A stretch of DNA of 64,000 bases from Octopus sinensis (GCF_006345805.1 NC_042997.1:160828001-160892000), one strand, 5' to 3'; positions 1 through 12,442 are shown, counted from the stretch's first letter. Numbers and translations: made by a program. Notes: a model not told the origin generated them from the letters alone.

Positions 1-135
1 TAACATACTGCCTTAAAGATACCCTCTTTTAGAAGTGACATGCATCATAAACAGAATGATGTGGACTCTGGTATAAAAACTATTTAAAATGTTTTGGACA
101 CGTGACCAAGGGTGTAAGTGGAGAAATAAATAGAG

Positions 136-440
136 GTATGTATGTATGTGTCTATCTATCTATTTATGTATCTATGTATACATGTATGTATGTATGTATA
201 TATGTATGTATGTATGTATGTATACATGCATTTATCTATCTATCTAGCTATCTATGCACGTATTCATGTACGTATGTATATATATATTTGTGTGTGCGTA
301 CATATATATATATATACATGTGTATGTATGGCTGTGTGTAAACACATACACAAATACATACATGCATGCATGCATGCATAATACATACATACCACATACA
401 TAATACATACCATACATACATACATACAGGACATTATACA
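136..440. repeat. (TATG)n/(CATA)n and (TA)n microsatellite field
   Basis: Direct reading; explains the MYV/IY-type ORFs in the track. Confidence 0.9.
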
Positions 441-597
441 TTACATACATGTAAGTATATATATACATGTGTACGTGTATCGTGAGTGGCATAGATGTCT
501 GTGTATTGTATATATATGTCTGCACACAGAATGTAATGAGAGTGATTAGCTGAGATACTTTGCTTAAGACTTCTTAAGTCTATCACTATTATACCCG

Positions 598-697
598 NNN
601 NNNNNNNNNNNNNNNNNNNNNNNNNNNNNNNNNNNNNNNNNNNNNNNNNNNNNNNNNNNNNNNNNNNNNNNNNNNNNNNNNNNNNNNNNNNNNNNNN
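598..697. other. Assembly gap (100 N)
   Basis: Run of exactly 100 n. Confidence 1.
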
Positions 698-744
698 TAT
701 ATACATTCATATGAATATTTATACATATACACATATTAATACCT

Positions 745-890
745 TAATATATATAAGGTGGAAAAAAGAGTACTCAAATACCAGAGATAGAGTAATATGC
801 TTTATCTTTATTTCTGTTCCATTTTACGAACGGGAACGTGAAACTCTAAGTAACAGCTTTTGTTATATTTCTGCTGCTTTTATTTAAAGC
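745..890 (+). mobile_element. Degenerate Penelope pseudo-LTR fragment (same family as 3732-3958)
   Basis: acgaacgggaacgtgaaactctaagtaacagc...ttctgctgcttttatttaaagc matches 3895-3958; the 5' half of the hammerhead core is deleted. Confidence 0.6.
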
Positions 891-998
891 ATGTTCATAT
901 ATAAAATTATATAGAACAAAATTAGATATACGATAAAACATTTACTTATAATTAAGTAAAGTACAAAATAATAAATAAATAGTATATATATATATATA

Positions 999-1190
999 GG
1001 AATGGTTGTGTGGTAAGTAAGTTTCTTACTAACCCAGATAGTTCTGGGTTCAGTCCCATTGCATGGCACCTTGGTCAAATGTCCTCTACTATAACCTCTG
1101 GCCGCCCAAAAGAGACCGATAGAATAAGTACAGCGTTTACAAAGAATAAGCCTTGGGGTCGATTAAATTGGTTGTCCAATATGATCGCAG
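999..1190 (+). mobile_element. tRNA-derived SINE
   Basis: tRNA-like head with A/B-box-like tggttgtgtggtaag...gggttcagtccc; 3' gatagaataagtac...ggggtcgat tail shared with 62590-62777. Confidence 0.7.
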
Positions 1191-1451
1191 ACAAATAAAT
1201 GAAACAAGTTAATAAATAAAGGAATGTATATATATATATATACATATGTATATTTGAGTAGAAAAATGAAATATCTTTTTATGGATAATTCGTTTAACCG
1301 ATACCTGGGTAGAAAATTCACATCAGAAATAACACGGTTGAAGTTACGTGCCTAGGGCAGAGACTACGTGTTTTCGTGTGGAAATTTGTGTCTATTTTTA
1401 TAAAATTTATGAATAAATGAAAGAATGGAGTTGAACGACAAATTAACAAAT

Positions 1452-1550
1452 TTCCTTTATTTTCGACATATGTTTCGAAGGCTGCATATTCCTAATTGTG
1501 AAGGAATAAGGAGTACATTATGCCGCTTTCTCATCAGGAAAAACAAGGAA
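1452..1550 (-). ncRNA. Type I hammerhead ribozyme (mirror copy)
   Basis: Reverse complement of 1627-1725; predicted cleavage after the C opposite G1465. Confidence 0.8.
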
Positions 1551-1626
1551 TTTATGTCAACATCAAGATTCCCAAAAACTTTTAGATGACTGCTGTCACG
1601 GAGCAGAATCTTGATGTTGACATAAA

Positions 1627-1725
1627 TTCCTTGTTTTTCCTGATGAGAAAGCGGCATAGTGTACTCCTTATTCCTTCACAATTAGGAATATGCAGCCTTC
1701 GAAACATATGTCGAAAATAAAGGAA
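1627..1725 (+). ncRNA. Type I hammerhead ribozyme
   Basis: Stem I TTCCTT-GT-TTTTC / GAAAA-TA-AAGGAA; core CTGATGA 1640-1646; stem II GAAAGCGGCATA/TATGCAGCCTTC (10/12 pairs); GAAA 1701-1704; palindromic stem III ACATATGT; GUC site, C1712. Confidence 0.85.
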
Positions 1726-1774
1726 ATTTGTTAATTTGTCGTTCAACTCCATTCTTTCATTTATTCATAAATTT

Positions 1775-1816
<42 letters not shown>

Positions 1817-1860
1817 ATATATATATACTTTATTTAAAGCAGCAGAAAATTCAACAATAT

Positions 1861-1898
1861 CTGTTACTCTGAGTTTCTCGTTGCCGTTCATCAGACAG
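1861..1898 (-). ncRNA. Minimal type I hammerhead motif
   Basis: CTGT-CTGATGA-ACG GCAA CGA-GAAA-CTCAGAG-TA-ACAG: stem I CTGT/ACAG, GNRA-capped stem II with an A.A base pair position, near-palindromic stem III, GUA site. Confidence 0.65.
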
Positions 1899-3082
1899 TT
1901 TTTGCTAGAATGGAACCGATATATCAATTCAATCCAGACTCTTACAAACGCTACACCTTTAAAAAAAATGGACTTGTTTGATTGGCTCTTTAGAAATAAC
2001 GGTCAATCTTCGAGCGATAAACAAAAAAATGAGCTCAAAAATATATGTATATATATATAAAAAAATTATAAAAATTATAAAAATTATAAAATTCGAGGAA
2101 AAAACCTTACATTGAATAAAATACATATTGACGTTAATGAAGGAAATATAATTAATGCATGGAAATTAAAAGCATTATAAATATTACACTGCAATACATA
2201 TTCATATTAAAGTGTACATATATATATCAACATACACAGAAGGATGCGTGCAAACGCCATACATATACAGACGTATAAATATAAATCTAAAATATACACA
2301 CCAATGCATGCATACATATATGTACGCAATCTGTCTCGCACGCAAGTTAAAATCATCGATGCTAATGTAGCGTTTCTTATTTACGGAGTAAAGCTTAAGT
2401 AAGGGGGACGCAAAGTTGTATGTACCAGTATCAGTTAGAGAAAAAAAACGAAAGAAAAGAAGAGAGAGAAAAAGGAACGAAGAAGGGGGAAGGAAAAAAG
2501 AAAAAGGAGGGGTGGGGTAAAAACGAAATAAGAAAAATTAAGTATACAAGCTGTGTAACCGCGTTATTGACATATATAGAGACAAGTATAAAAATACACA
2601 AGTTCGAATGGATACATACACATACACTCGCGTATGTGTGTGCTTAAGCACAAACATACGCTCACTTACACAGACACAGAGACGTATGCTTACAAATACA
2701 TATCCATGGCTATACACATATTTACATCAAAATTCTAAGTTTTGACAACATTGCTTTTTAAAAAAGGTGAGTGCAATAATGAAAAATATACGAAAGACAT
2801 ATAAAAATATAACACCCTATGTTGGATCATCTATAAATTAAAAATCAAGGTAATCCTATACAATACAATAACATGAAATAATCAAAGCCGAAGGTTTTTC
2901 CTAATGTATATGTAGAAATATAAACAAAATAAACAAAATATATGCATGAGACTTTGCTATACGGAATGAAATCTGCATAGCGCGTAACAAATCCATCGTC
3001 GCGTTTACATACTAGTCCAAGAGTCAAAATCAATATTTCAAAAATCAAAAATACAAAATATATACTCTATCTATATGGTATA

Positions 3083-3731
3083 TTATATTTGACATTTTAA
3101 ATTTGGTTGCGTGCCTACATAAGTTCATTAGCTCACTTCTTTGATTCAAAGAATTATTGTCTTTGAATAAAATATACAGTTTCTCTAATAGGCAAAGCTT
3201 GCATTAAAAATTATTTCTGTGTGCTCCATGCCTGTATGGTGCCGCTCTATCCAGAATGCTCCATGTCACGTTGAAAGGTGGGGTTTCCTTTCCTTTTAGT
3301 TCCCAGACATATTTTGCTAGGCTGGTCCTCTTCCTATTCTCTGGGTATCTAAATGAATTTTTATGTGAATAAAATCGTGTTTTAAATGAATTTTCTGAAG
3401 CCCCTGTATATGTCTTGTATTCCGATGAGCCTTCTATTTGCACCTTGGCTCTATAAACTACTCCTTTAACTAGACATTTCCCTTCTAACGGACACGAGTT
3501 TTCGTTTTTGAAATTGCATTTCTTAATGGGCTCGGCACCATGTCTAATCTCAATCAGATTCCTATTATGCTGGCTAATGTAAGAGGCGAAATTTCTGCAA
3601 CAAGAATAGCTAACCTTCAGGGTTCTTCTATTAAATATCCTATAGAATTTATGGCCCTGCTTAAAATGCTTAGAGACTAATCTCAAAAATTCCTTACCTA
3701 TATTAGTCTTTACGGCCAAATTGAAAGCCCA
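3083..3731 (-). pseudogene. PLE RT C-terminus/linker + GIY-YIG endonuclease remnant
   Basis: VKTNIGKEFL..KVSYSC..CNFKNENSCPLEGKC..VVY..YTG..RFYSH; after a frameshift, CKLCLLEK..LN..CRH (CCHH motif). Confidence 0.85.
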
Positions 3732-3887
3732 TTCGTTTTTTTCTCTAACTGATACTGGTACATACAACTTTACGTCCCCCTTACTTAAGCTTTACTCCGT
3801 AAATAAGAAACGCCACATTAGCATCGATGATTTTAACTTGCGTGCGAGATAGATTGCGTACATATATCGGTTCCATTTTAGCAAAAA

Positions 3888-3925
3888 TTGTCTGATGAAC
3901 GGCAACGAGAAACTCAGAGTAACAG
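3888..3925 (+). ncRNA. Minimal type I hammerhead motif (inverted LTR copy)
   Basis: Same as 1861-1898 but stem I TTGT/ACAG. Confidence 0.6.
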
Positions 3926-4122
3926 ATATTGTTAAATTTTCTGCTGCTTTAAATAAAGCATATTTCTCTACCACTGGTATTTGAGTACTATTTTTTCCAC
4001 CTTGTTTCACATTTATGTGTTTACTCCGGTATATATATATATATATATATATACGTTACCTATTATGCGTATATATATCAAGTTTATATTTCTGTGCGTG
4101 CGCATGTGTTCATGCATGTATG

Positions 4123-4156
<34 letters not shown>

Positions 4157-4170
4157 TATATGTATGTATG

Positions 4171-4209
<39 letters not shown>

Positions 4210-4739
4210 CTATAAAACAATACTGGGAGGATAGAGACGGAACGAAGTGAAAATTCGAAAAGTCGAAAATTCGAACGAACCCGACGCGAGCGCTGTCAGA
4301 CAATAGTGTAATAAATAAAATATATGCATACATACAAACATATATGTACGTACCGACATCTACATGTATATATACATGCATATATAAATATATATACGTA
4401 CAGGACACCACAAAAAGACGTAAAACTCAACAGAAACGATAACGGAATAGACGTTTTGTTACAACAGACGGACGAGAACGAAAACAGGAAAAACATTAAG
4501 TACAACAGAAAAACGAGGTACAGGAGATGCTACACAAGGAAAAATCCCCTTCATCAGCTGTCACTAGCAGACATAGCGTGTTTCGAAGGCAAGACAGGAC
4601 ACGTCTGACCATGCTAGGCCTTCCTACGAGAGAATTAAAATAAAATAATCTCGCAGAGGGGTAAAACAAGCAAGAAAAAATGTAACACAAAAAGGGACGT
4701 AACAAAGAACTGCACAATAAAATACAAGAACAAAATACC

Positions 4740-7700
4740 AGTATTCAACCCAAGAATAACAATGGAGCGGTACGTACTTTAAACTTACAATAAAAAATGT
4801 ACGGAAAGCTACACGTGCGAAATAATGTGACAACAGAAATTAACGGACCGATACCCTACGAAAATGACGACCGTCAAAATAATGGGCCGGGCGTTGTTCC
4901 TCATGTCCCGCAAATAAAACCCAAAAGACATAAATGGACACGTGAGGAATACATTTCTATCTTACACGCATACTTCACAGCAGTGCTCTACCAAAAAAAT
5001 GAAAAGACAACAACACATATGGAAGGAAAATAACATAAATATAGACTTGGATATAGCAATGAACCCTAATAAATTAGCTAACGTACGAAGATACATTCTC
5101 AAAGCAAAAGAAATATCAGAAATAGAAATAGAACATCTAAAAGAAACAATACACAAGGAAAATGTAGATAGAAGCCACACAACAATACCCAATAATATAA
5201 ACACTGAAATATTAAAACACGAAGACAAACGAAACATTCCCAACAAACACGATGTAAACAACGAAGGGGAGCCTAATGATTATGATAATATAAAAAGTAA
5301 AATAATCAAAGAACTGAAAACCACAGAGCTCAAAATGGCCCACCGACCATACCTCCCAAGAATCAAAATAGACGAAACAAAACACCAATTATAAACAGCA
5401 TAAAACTAACCGTCACTGAACTAATAGCCACTGAAACAAAAAGCGACATCACTGAGCTAAATGACTTAGTATACGCAGCAGCCACTGCAGCCACAGAAGA
5501 AGCTGGATACTCACTCAAACCCATCCAAACAGGAGTACCAACACCCAAACAAACCCTGTGGATAAATAACATCCAAAACAAAATACAAAAAATGAGAAAA
5601 GATCTGTCGATTCTTAATGAAATCAGCAGACAATCAACGCTACTGAGCAACAAAAAGAAAACAAAAATACTCCGCAAATATAACATCACAGAAAAAGATT
5701 TACCTGAGATAAAAGAAAAGCTGAAGCAAGATATCCTTGCCAAAGCACAAAGAATCCGCCGGTACGAGAACCGCCAGCGCTTCTTTGAACAAAACAAAAA
5801 GTTCAACTCCAGCCCCAAAAAGTTCTACCAAGAACTTGGCAAAAATAAAATAGAAATCACTGCAGCACCAACGGCAGAAGAAGTGGAAGAATTCTGGAGA
5901 GAAATATGGTCGGCGAACGAACAACCAAAAGAAAGGAGTATCAAAATAACAAACTCGGCATCTGAACAACTTTGGATCACCATAACAACTGAAGAGGTCA
6001 CCCAGGCACTGCAAAGACTAAGCAACTGGAAGGCACCTGGGCATGACAAGATCCCCAACTTCTGGTTGAAATATCTAACAGGAATGCACAAAAAGCTGGC
6101 TGAAAACTTTAACAACATGCTAGCAGAGCCAGAGACAAGGCCTGAATGGCTCACGAAGGGGAAAACCATCTTAATTCCCAAATCAAATGAGACAGCAAAA
6201 CCAGAAAACTACATACCAATAACCTGTCTCCTTACAATGTTCAAGGCATTTACTGCAGTGATATCGCAAAGGTTGAACAAGCACCTGGACGAAAACAAAC
6301 TGTTCCCAGAAGAGCAGAAAGGATGCCGCAAAAGCTCATATGGCTGTAAAGATCAACTAATGATTAATAAAGCCATAACTGAAGACAGCCACAGAAAGAA
6401 GAAAGGCCTCAGTATGGCCTGGATCGACTACAAAAAGGCGTTTGATAGCATCCCCCACACATGGATCCTCGAAACACTAGCCATTAACAAAGTAGCACCA
6501 ACAATCATAAAATTCATAGGGCACTCTATGAATAAATGGCAAACAGTCCTACACCTCCAAACAAAAGAGGGACTCATGAAAACCAAAGACATCCCCATTA
6601 GAAAAGGAATATTCCAAGGAGACACGCTCTCTCCACTCCTTTTCTGCTTGGCACTGTCACCCCTATATGATTTGCTAAATAGAACTGGATGCGGATATAA
6701 ATGTTACGGCAAAACGATCAGCCACCTTTTATATATGGATGACCTAAAACTATACGCTGCAAATGACAACAGCTGGAAACACTATTAAAGACTGTTCATG
6801 GATTTACCAAAGAAATAGATATGAAATTTGGATTAGAAAAATGCGCCAAAGTAACCCTGAAAAGAGGAAAACTAGTGAAGAGTAGCAGCATCACACTAGA
6901 TAAAACCAATGAAATAAAAGAATTAGACCAAAGCCAAACTTACAAATACTTAGGAATCCATGAACTAGATAAGACACAACACACACAAATGAAAGAGAAA
7001 ATAAAAAAAGAATATTATAGACGAGTTAGCTCAATACTAAAAACAGAGCTCAATGCTAAAAAAAAGATAATAGGTATTAACACTTTAGCTGTCCCAGTTA
7101 TAAGTTACAGCTACAATATCCTTAACTGGACACTAAATGAACTGACCAAAATAGATAGGAAAACAAGAAAAATAATGTCAGAATCTAGGATGCCTCACCC
7201 AAACTCTGACATAGAAAGACTATACATACAACTTATAGAAGGTGGTAGAGGCCTTATACAACTGGAAAACTACTATAAAATAACCACCATAGGATTGCAA
7301 AAATATCTACTTCAGAAGGAAGAAAAACTGATACAAATAGCGGCAAAACACGAGCAAAACAAAAAATTGTTGTCAGTATTTAAGGAAGCTGACAAATACA
7401 AACAAGAAATCATACCACCTAATAAATATGAAGAAGAAGAAGAAGATGAAGAAACAACAAAAGCTATAAAACAAATGAAATCCAAACTAAAAATAGAACA
7501 GCAACGAACCATGATAAAACGATGGCAAGAAAAGCCCCTTCATGGTAAATACTGCACTAAACTAAACGCAAAAGAAATAGACAAAGAAAAATCTCAGCAA
7601 TGGTTGAGAAGCACAAGACCAAAGCCTCCCCACCAGAAATTACCCAAAACATGTAATGAAAAGAAATATAACAAGTAACTGCAGAATATGTGGAGATGGA

Positions 7701-8347
7701 CAAGAAACAATAAATCATATTATCTCTAGCTGACCAGTCCTGGCTAAGAAGGAATATATTCACAGACATGACAGGGTTGGAACCTACATACACTGGAAGC
7801 TATGCCAACATTATGGAATAACAACAGAAGAAAGATGGTATAGGCACACACCAGAAAATGTCACAGAAAACGAGAAAGCAGCCATACTCTGGGATATGCC
7901 GATACACACAGGTAGAGAAATTAAGGCCAACAGACCAGATATAGTTGTCAAAGATCATGAAGAAAAAAATGCTTTCTAATTGATGTATCAATACCGGCTG
8001 ATGACAACGTGTCTCTAAAAGAAATGGAGAAACTCTCAAAATACAAAGACCTGGAAATAGAGGTAGCCAGAATGTGAAATCTAAAGACAGAAACAATTCC
8101 TATCATAGTAGGTGCATTAGGCATGATAAAAAAATATTCAGACAAATACATAACAAAAACACCAGGACTTACAAACACATATAACATACAGAAAATTGCA
8201 CTACTAGGCACTGCACACATCCTACGCAGAACACTTTCCATACAATAACCATCAGAGCATCACAACAAATCACAGCACATACCCAAGGCACACAGAGCTG
8301 CGCTCGGTAGTAAAGTGATAGCACGCTATAAAAATAAAACTACTGAA
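4740..8347 (+). mobile_element. R4/Dong-clade non-LTR retrotransposon, near full length, frameshifted (family A)
   Basis: RT motifs WIDYKKAFDSIPH, GIFQGDTLSPLLF, YMDDLKLY; C-terminal CRIC..H..S* knuckle, RHD, RPDIVV..D..K restriction-like endonuclease, IPIIVGALG; ends at (TAA)n. Confidence 0.9.
5592..6788 (+). pseudogene. Reverse transcriptase segment of the R4/Dong ORF (continues in 6821-7678 and to ~8250 in other frames)
   Basis: ORF track translation with RT motifs; frameshifts and stops elsewhere in the element. Confidence 0.88.
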
Positions 8348-8391
8348 TAATAATGATAATAACGATAATAATAATAATAATAATAATAATA

Positions 8392-8443
<52 letters not shown>
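8345..8443. repeat. (TAA)n microsatellite (others at ~9325-9446, ~10371-10462, ~11341-11457, ~12381-12466)
   Basis: Direct reading; each separates R4/Dong copies. Confidence 0.95.
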
Positions 8444-8444
<1 letters not shown>

Positions 8445-9324
8445 TAGGGTTTCTTCATAGCCAACAAGAGAGAAGAAACCCTATTCCATATGGAATTACA
8501 TGGTAAGTTCCACCGTGAAACCAACAAATTAAAAGACCAGGAAGCATCATAGAGGTGACTTAACAAGGGTGACCAAAAAAGGATAGTAAAAGCCTAATCA
8601 TCGCTACCCAGTATCAGGCATTAAATACCAATTCAACGAAAAATAACATATAACAAACAAGCGCATCGGACCTTTGCAGCATTGTGGGAAGAGGTCGAAA
8701 ATGGGAAACACATTTTTAGTATTTGTGAAAGACTTGCCCAGGAAGGGTACTAGCGTTGACACTACAAAGTAGCCCCAAACCTCCACTGGCCACTATGCCG
8801 TAAGTATGGATATGAGGTTACTGAGTTCAAGGGTGCTTCATACCAACATACACCGGAAAAGCAATGGACGAAAAAAGGGAAGGCAAATCTCCTCTGGGAC
8901 ATTTCCAGATAGGCAATGTGTTAGAGCAGCGAAGGCTAGATAGAGTAATATTTAGGTGGGACAACCAAGAGTGTCTAATAGTCGACGTAGCAGTGCCAGG
9001 AGATCAACGTATCATGAAAGAAAGAGAAACAGTTGATAAATATGGCGACCTGAAAACTGAGATACGAACATAAAGGTTATCCCTATTGTTATCGGAGCAT
9101 TAGGTTCAATACCATCTAATCTGAAAAAACATCTGAAAACTTTAGAGATACCCTACAATCTAGATGTATTGCTAAAGTCGGCACTATTTGGAACTTCATG
9201 CATATTGCGTGAAGTACTGTCTGCCTGAAGCCCTTGTTGTAAATTGACGGATAGTGCAAACTCCCCAGTAGACACAATATAATCAATCAACCACCTCACG
9301 ATATGTTATACTGTGCGACATATA
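8444..9324 (+). mobile_element. 5'-truncated R4/Dong-type LINE, family B (RLE domain)
   Basis: LHGKF, HIFSICERLA, IVDVAVPGD..KYGDLKTEI, IPIVIGALG in mixed frames; bounded by (TAA)n. Confidence 0.8.
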
Positions 9325-9357
9325 TAATAATAATAATAATAATAATGATGATAATAA

Positions 9358-9446
<89 letters not shown>

Positions 9447-9447
<1 letters not shown>

Positions 9448-10370
9448 CTACGAAGAAATTAAATGCCACCGATACTATTCTACCCAAGAATAACAATCGA
9501 GCGGTACGTACATTAAACTTACATTAAAAAATGGACGAAAAACTACACGTGCAAAATAATGTGACAACAGAAATAAACGGACCGGTACCCTACGAAAATG
9601 ACGACCGTCAAAATAATGGGCCGGACGTTGTACCTCATGTCCCGCAAATAAAACCCAAAAGACGTAAATGGACACGTGAGGAATACATTTCTATCTTACA
9701 CGCATACTTCACAGCAATGCTCTACCCAAAAAATGAAAATACAACAACACATACATATAAAATATGGAAGGAAAATAATAGAGATATAGACTTGGATACA
9801 GCAATGAACCCTAATAAATTAGCTAAAGTACGAAGATACATTCTCAAAGCCAAAAAATATCAGAAATAGAAATAGAACATTTAAAAGAAAAAATACACCA
9901 GGAAAATGTAGATAGAAGCCACACAACAATGCCCAATAATATAATTAAGGCCAACAGACCAGATATAGTTGTCAGAGATCATGAAGAAAAAAATGCTTTC
10001 TAATTGATGTATCAATACCGGCAGATGACAACGTGTCTCTAAAAGAAATGGAGAAACTCTCAAAATACAAAGACCTGGAAATAGAGGTAACCAGAATGTG
10101 GAATCTGAAAACAGAAACAATTCCTATCATAGTAGGTGCATTAGGCATGATAAAAAAATATTCAGACAAATACATAACAAAAACACCAGGACTTACAAAC
10201 ACATATAACATACAGAAAATTGCACTACTAGGCACTGCACACATCCTACGCAGAACACTTTCCATACAATAACCATCAGAGCATCACAGCAAATCACAGC
10301 ACATACCCAAGGCACACAGAGCTGCGCTCAGTAGTGAAGTGAAAGCACCCTATAAAAAAAACTACTGAAT
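9447..10370 (+). mobile_element. Internally deleted family-A derivative (ORF start fused to RLE end)
   Basis: 5' part matches ~4750-5200, then jumps at ~9940 to sequence matching ~7918-8347. Confidence 0.9.
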
Positions 10371-10397
10371 ATAATGATAATAACGATAATAATAATA

Positions 10398-10435
<38 letters not shown>

Positions 10436-10462
10436 TAATAATAATAATAATATAATAATAAT

Positions 10463-11340
10463 GTAGGGTTTCTTCATAGCCAACAAGAGAGAAGAAACCC
10501 TATTCCATATGGAATTACATGGTAAGTTCCACCGTGAAACCAACAATTAAAAGACCAGGAAGCATCATAGAGGTGACTTAACAAGGGTGACCAAAAAAGG
10601 ATAGTAAAAGCCTAATCATCGCTACCCAGTATCAGGCATTAAATACCAATTCAACGAAAAATAACATATAACAAACAAGCGCATCGGACCTTTGCAGCAT
10701 TGTGGGAAGAGGGTCGAAAATGGGAAACACATTTTTAGTATTTGTGAAAGACTTGCCCAGGAAGGGTACTAGCGTTGACACTACAAAGTAGCCCCAAACC
10801 TCCACTGGCCACTATGCCGTAAGTATGGATATGAGGTTACTGAGGTTAAGGGTCTTCATACCAACATACACCGGAAAAGCAATGGACGAAAAAAGGGAAG
10901 GCAAATCTCCTCTGGGACATTTCCAGATAGGCAATGTGTTAGAGCAGCGAAGGCTAGATAGAGTAATATTTAGGTGGGACAACCAAGAGTGTCTAATAGT
11001 CGACGTAGCAGTGCCAGGAGATCAACGTATCATGAAAGAAAGAGAAACAGTTGATAAATATGGCGACCTGAAAACTGAGATACGAACATAAAGGTTATCC
11101 CTATTGTTATCGGAGCATTAGGTTCAATACCATCTAATCTGAAAAAACATCTGAAAACTTTAGAGATACCCTACAATCTAGATGTATTGCTAAAGTCGGC
11201 ACTATTTGGAACTTCATGCATATTGCGTGAAGTACTGTCTGCCTGAAGCCCTTGTTGTAAATTGACGGATAGTGCAAACTCCCCAGTAGACACAATATAA
11301 TCAATCAACCACCTCACGATATGTTATACTGTGCGACATA
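10463..11340 (+). mobile_element. Second copy of the family-B fragment
   Basis: Near-identical to 8444-9324. Confidence 0.85.
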
Positions 11341-11372
11341 TATAATAATAATAATAATAATGATGATAATAA

Positions 11373-11425
<53 letters not shown>

Positions 11426-11457
11426 TAATAATAATAATAATAATATAATAATAATAA

Positions 11458-12380
11458 ACTACGAAGAAATTAAATGCCACCGATACTATTCTACCCAAGA
11501 ATAACAATCGAGCGGTACGTACATTAAACTTACATAAAAAATGGACGAAAAACTACACGTGCAAAATAATGTGACAACAGAAATAAACGGACCGGTACCC
11601 TACGAAAATGACGACCGTCAAAATAATGGGCCGGACGTTGTACCTCATGTCCCGCAAATAAAACCCAAAAGACGTAAATGGACACGTGAGGAATACATTT
11701 CTATCTTACACGCATACTTCACAGCAATGCTCTACCCAAAAAATGAAAATACAACAACACATACATATAAAATATGGAAGGAAAATAATAGAGATATAGA
11801 CTTGGATACAGCAATGAACCCTAATAAATTAGCTAAAGTACGAAGATACATTCTCAAAGCCAAAAAATATCAGAAATAGAAATAGAACATTTAAAAGAAA
11901 AAATACACCAGGAAAATGTAGATAGAAGCCACACAACAATGCCCAATAATATAATTAAGGCCAACAGACCAGATATAGTTGTCAGAGATCATGAAGAAAA
12001 AAATGCTTTCTAATTGATGTATCAATACCGGCAGATGACAACGTGTCTCTAAAAGAAATGGAGAAACTCTCAAAATACAAAGACCTGGAAATAGAGGTAA
12101 CCAGAATGTGGAATCTGAAAACAGAAACAATTCCTATCATAGTAGGTGCATTAGGCATGATAAAAAAATATTCAGACAAATACATAACAAAAACACCAGG
12201 ACTTACAAACACATATAACATACAGAAAATTGCACTACTAGGCACTGCACACATCCTACGCAGAACACTTTCCATACAATAACCATCAGAGCATCACAGC
12301 AAATCACAGCACATACCCAAGGCACACAGAGCTGCGCTCAGTAGTGAAGTGAAAGCACCCTATAAAAAAAACTACTGAAT
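11458..12380 (+). mobile_element. Second copy of the deleted family-A derivative
   Basis: Near-identical to 9447-10370; identical ORF translations at offset 2010. Confidence 0.9.
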
Positions 12381-12411
12381 AATAATTATCATAATAATAA
12401 TAATAATAATA

Positions 12412-12442
<31 letters not shown>

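Larger units (their letters stand above)
1397..1780. repeat. Fold-back element: 175-bp inverted arms (1397-1571 / 1606-1780), 34-nt spacer
   Basis: Arms are reverse complements with one mismatch seen (gtacattatg vs gtacactatg); followed by (TA)n. Confidence 0.95.
1828..3958 (-). mobile_element. 5'-truncated Penelope-like element with an inverted pseudo-LTR copy at the 5' junction
   Basis: GIY-YIG coding remnant 3083-3731 (-); segments 1828-1924 plus 2316-2452 are the reverse complement of 3732-3958. Confidence 0.85.

Noticed and set aside
102-525. ORFs rich in IY/CV/HT/YYY/III (here and throughout)
   Set aside because: They are translations of (TA)n, (TG)n, (TATG)n and (TAA)n microsatellites.
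4540-4600. GAAA...CTGATGA in permuted (type II hammerhead) order on the minus strand, also ~49440-49490 (+)
   Set aside because: Neither copy has a U-H cleavage site with consistent stems I and III.
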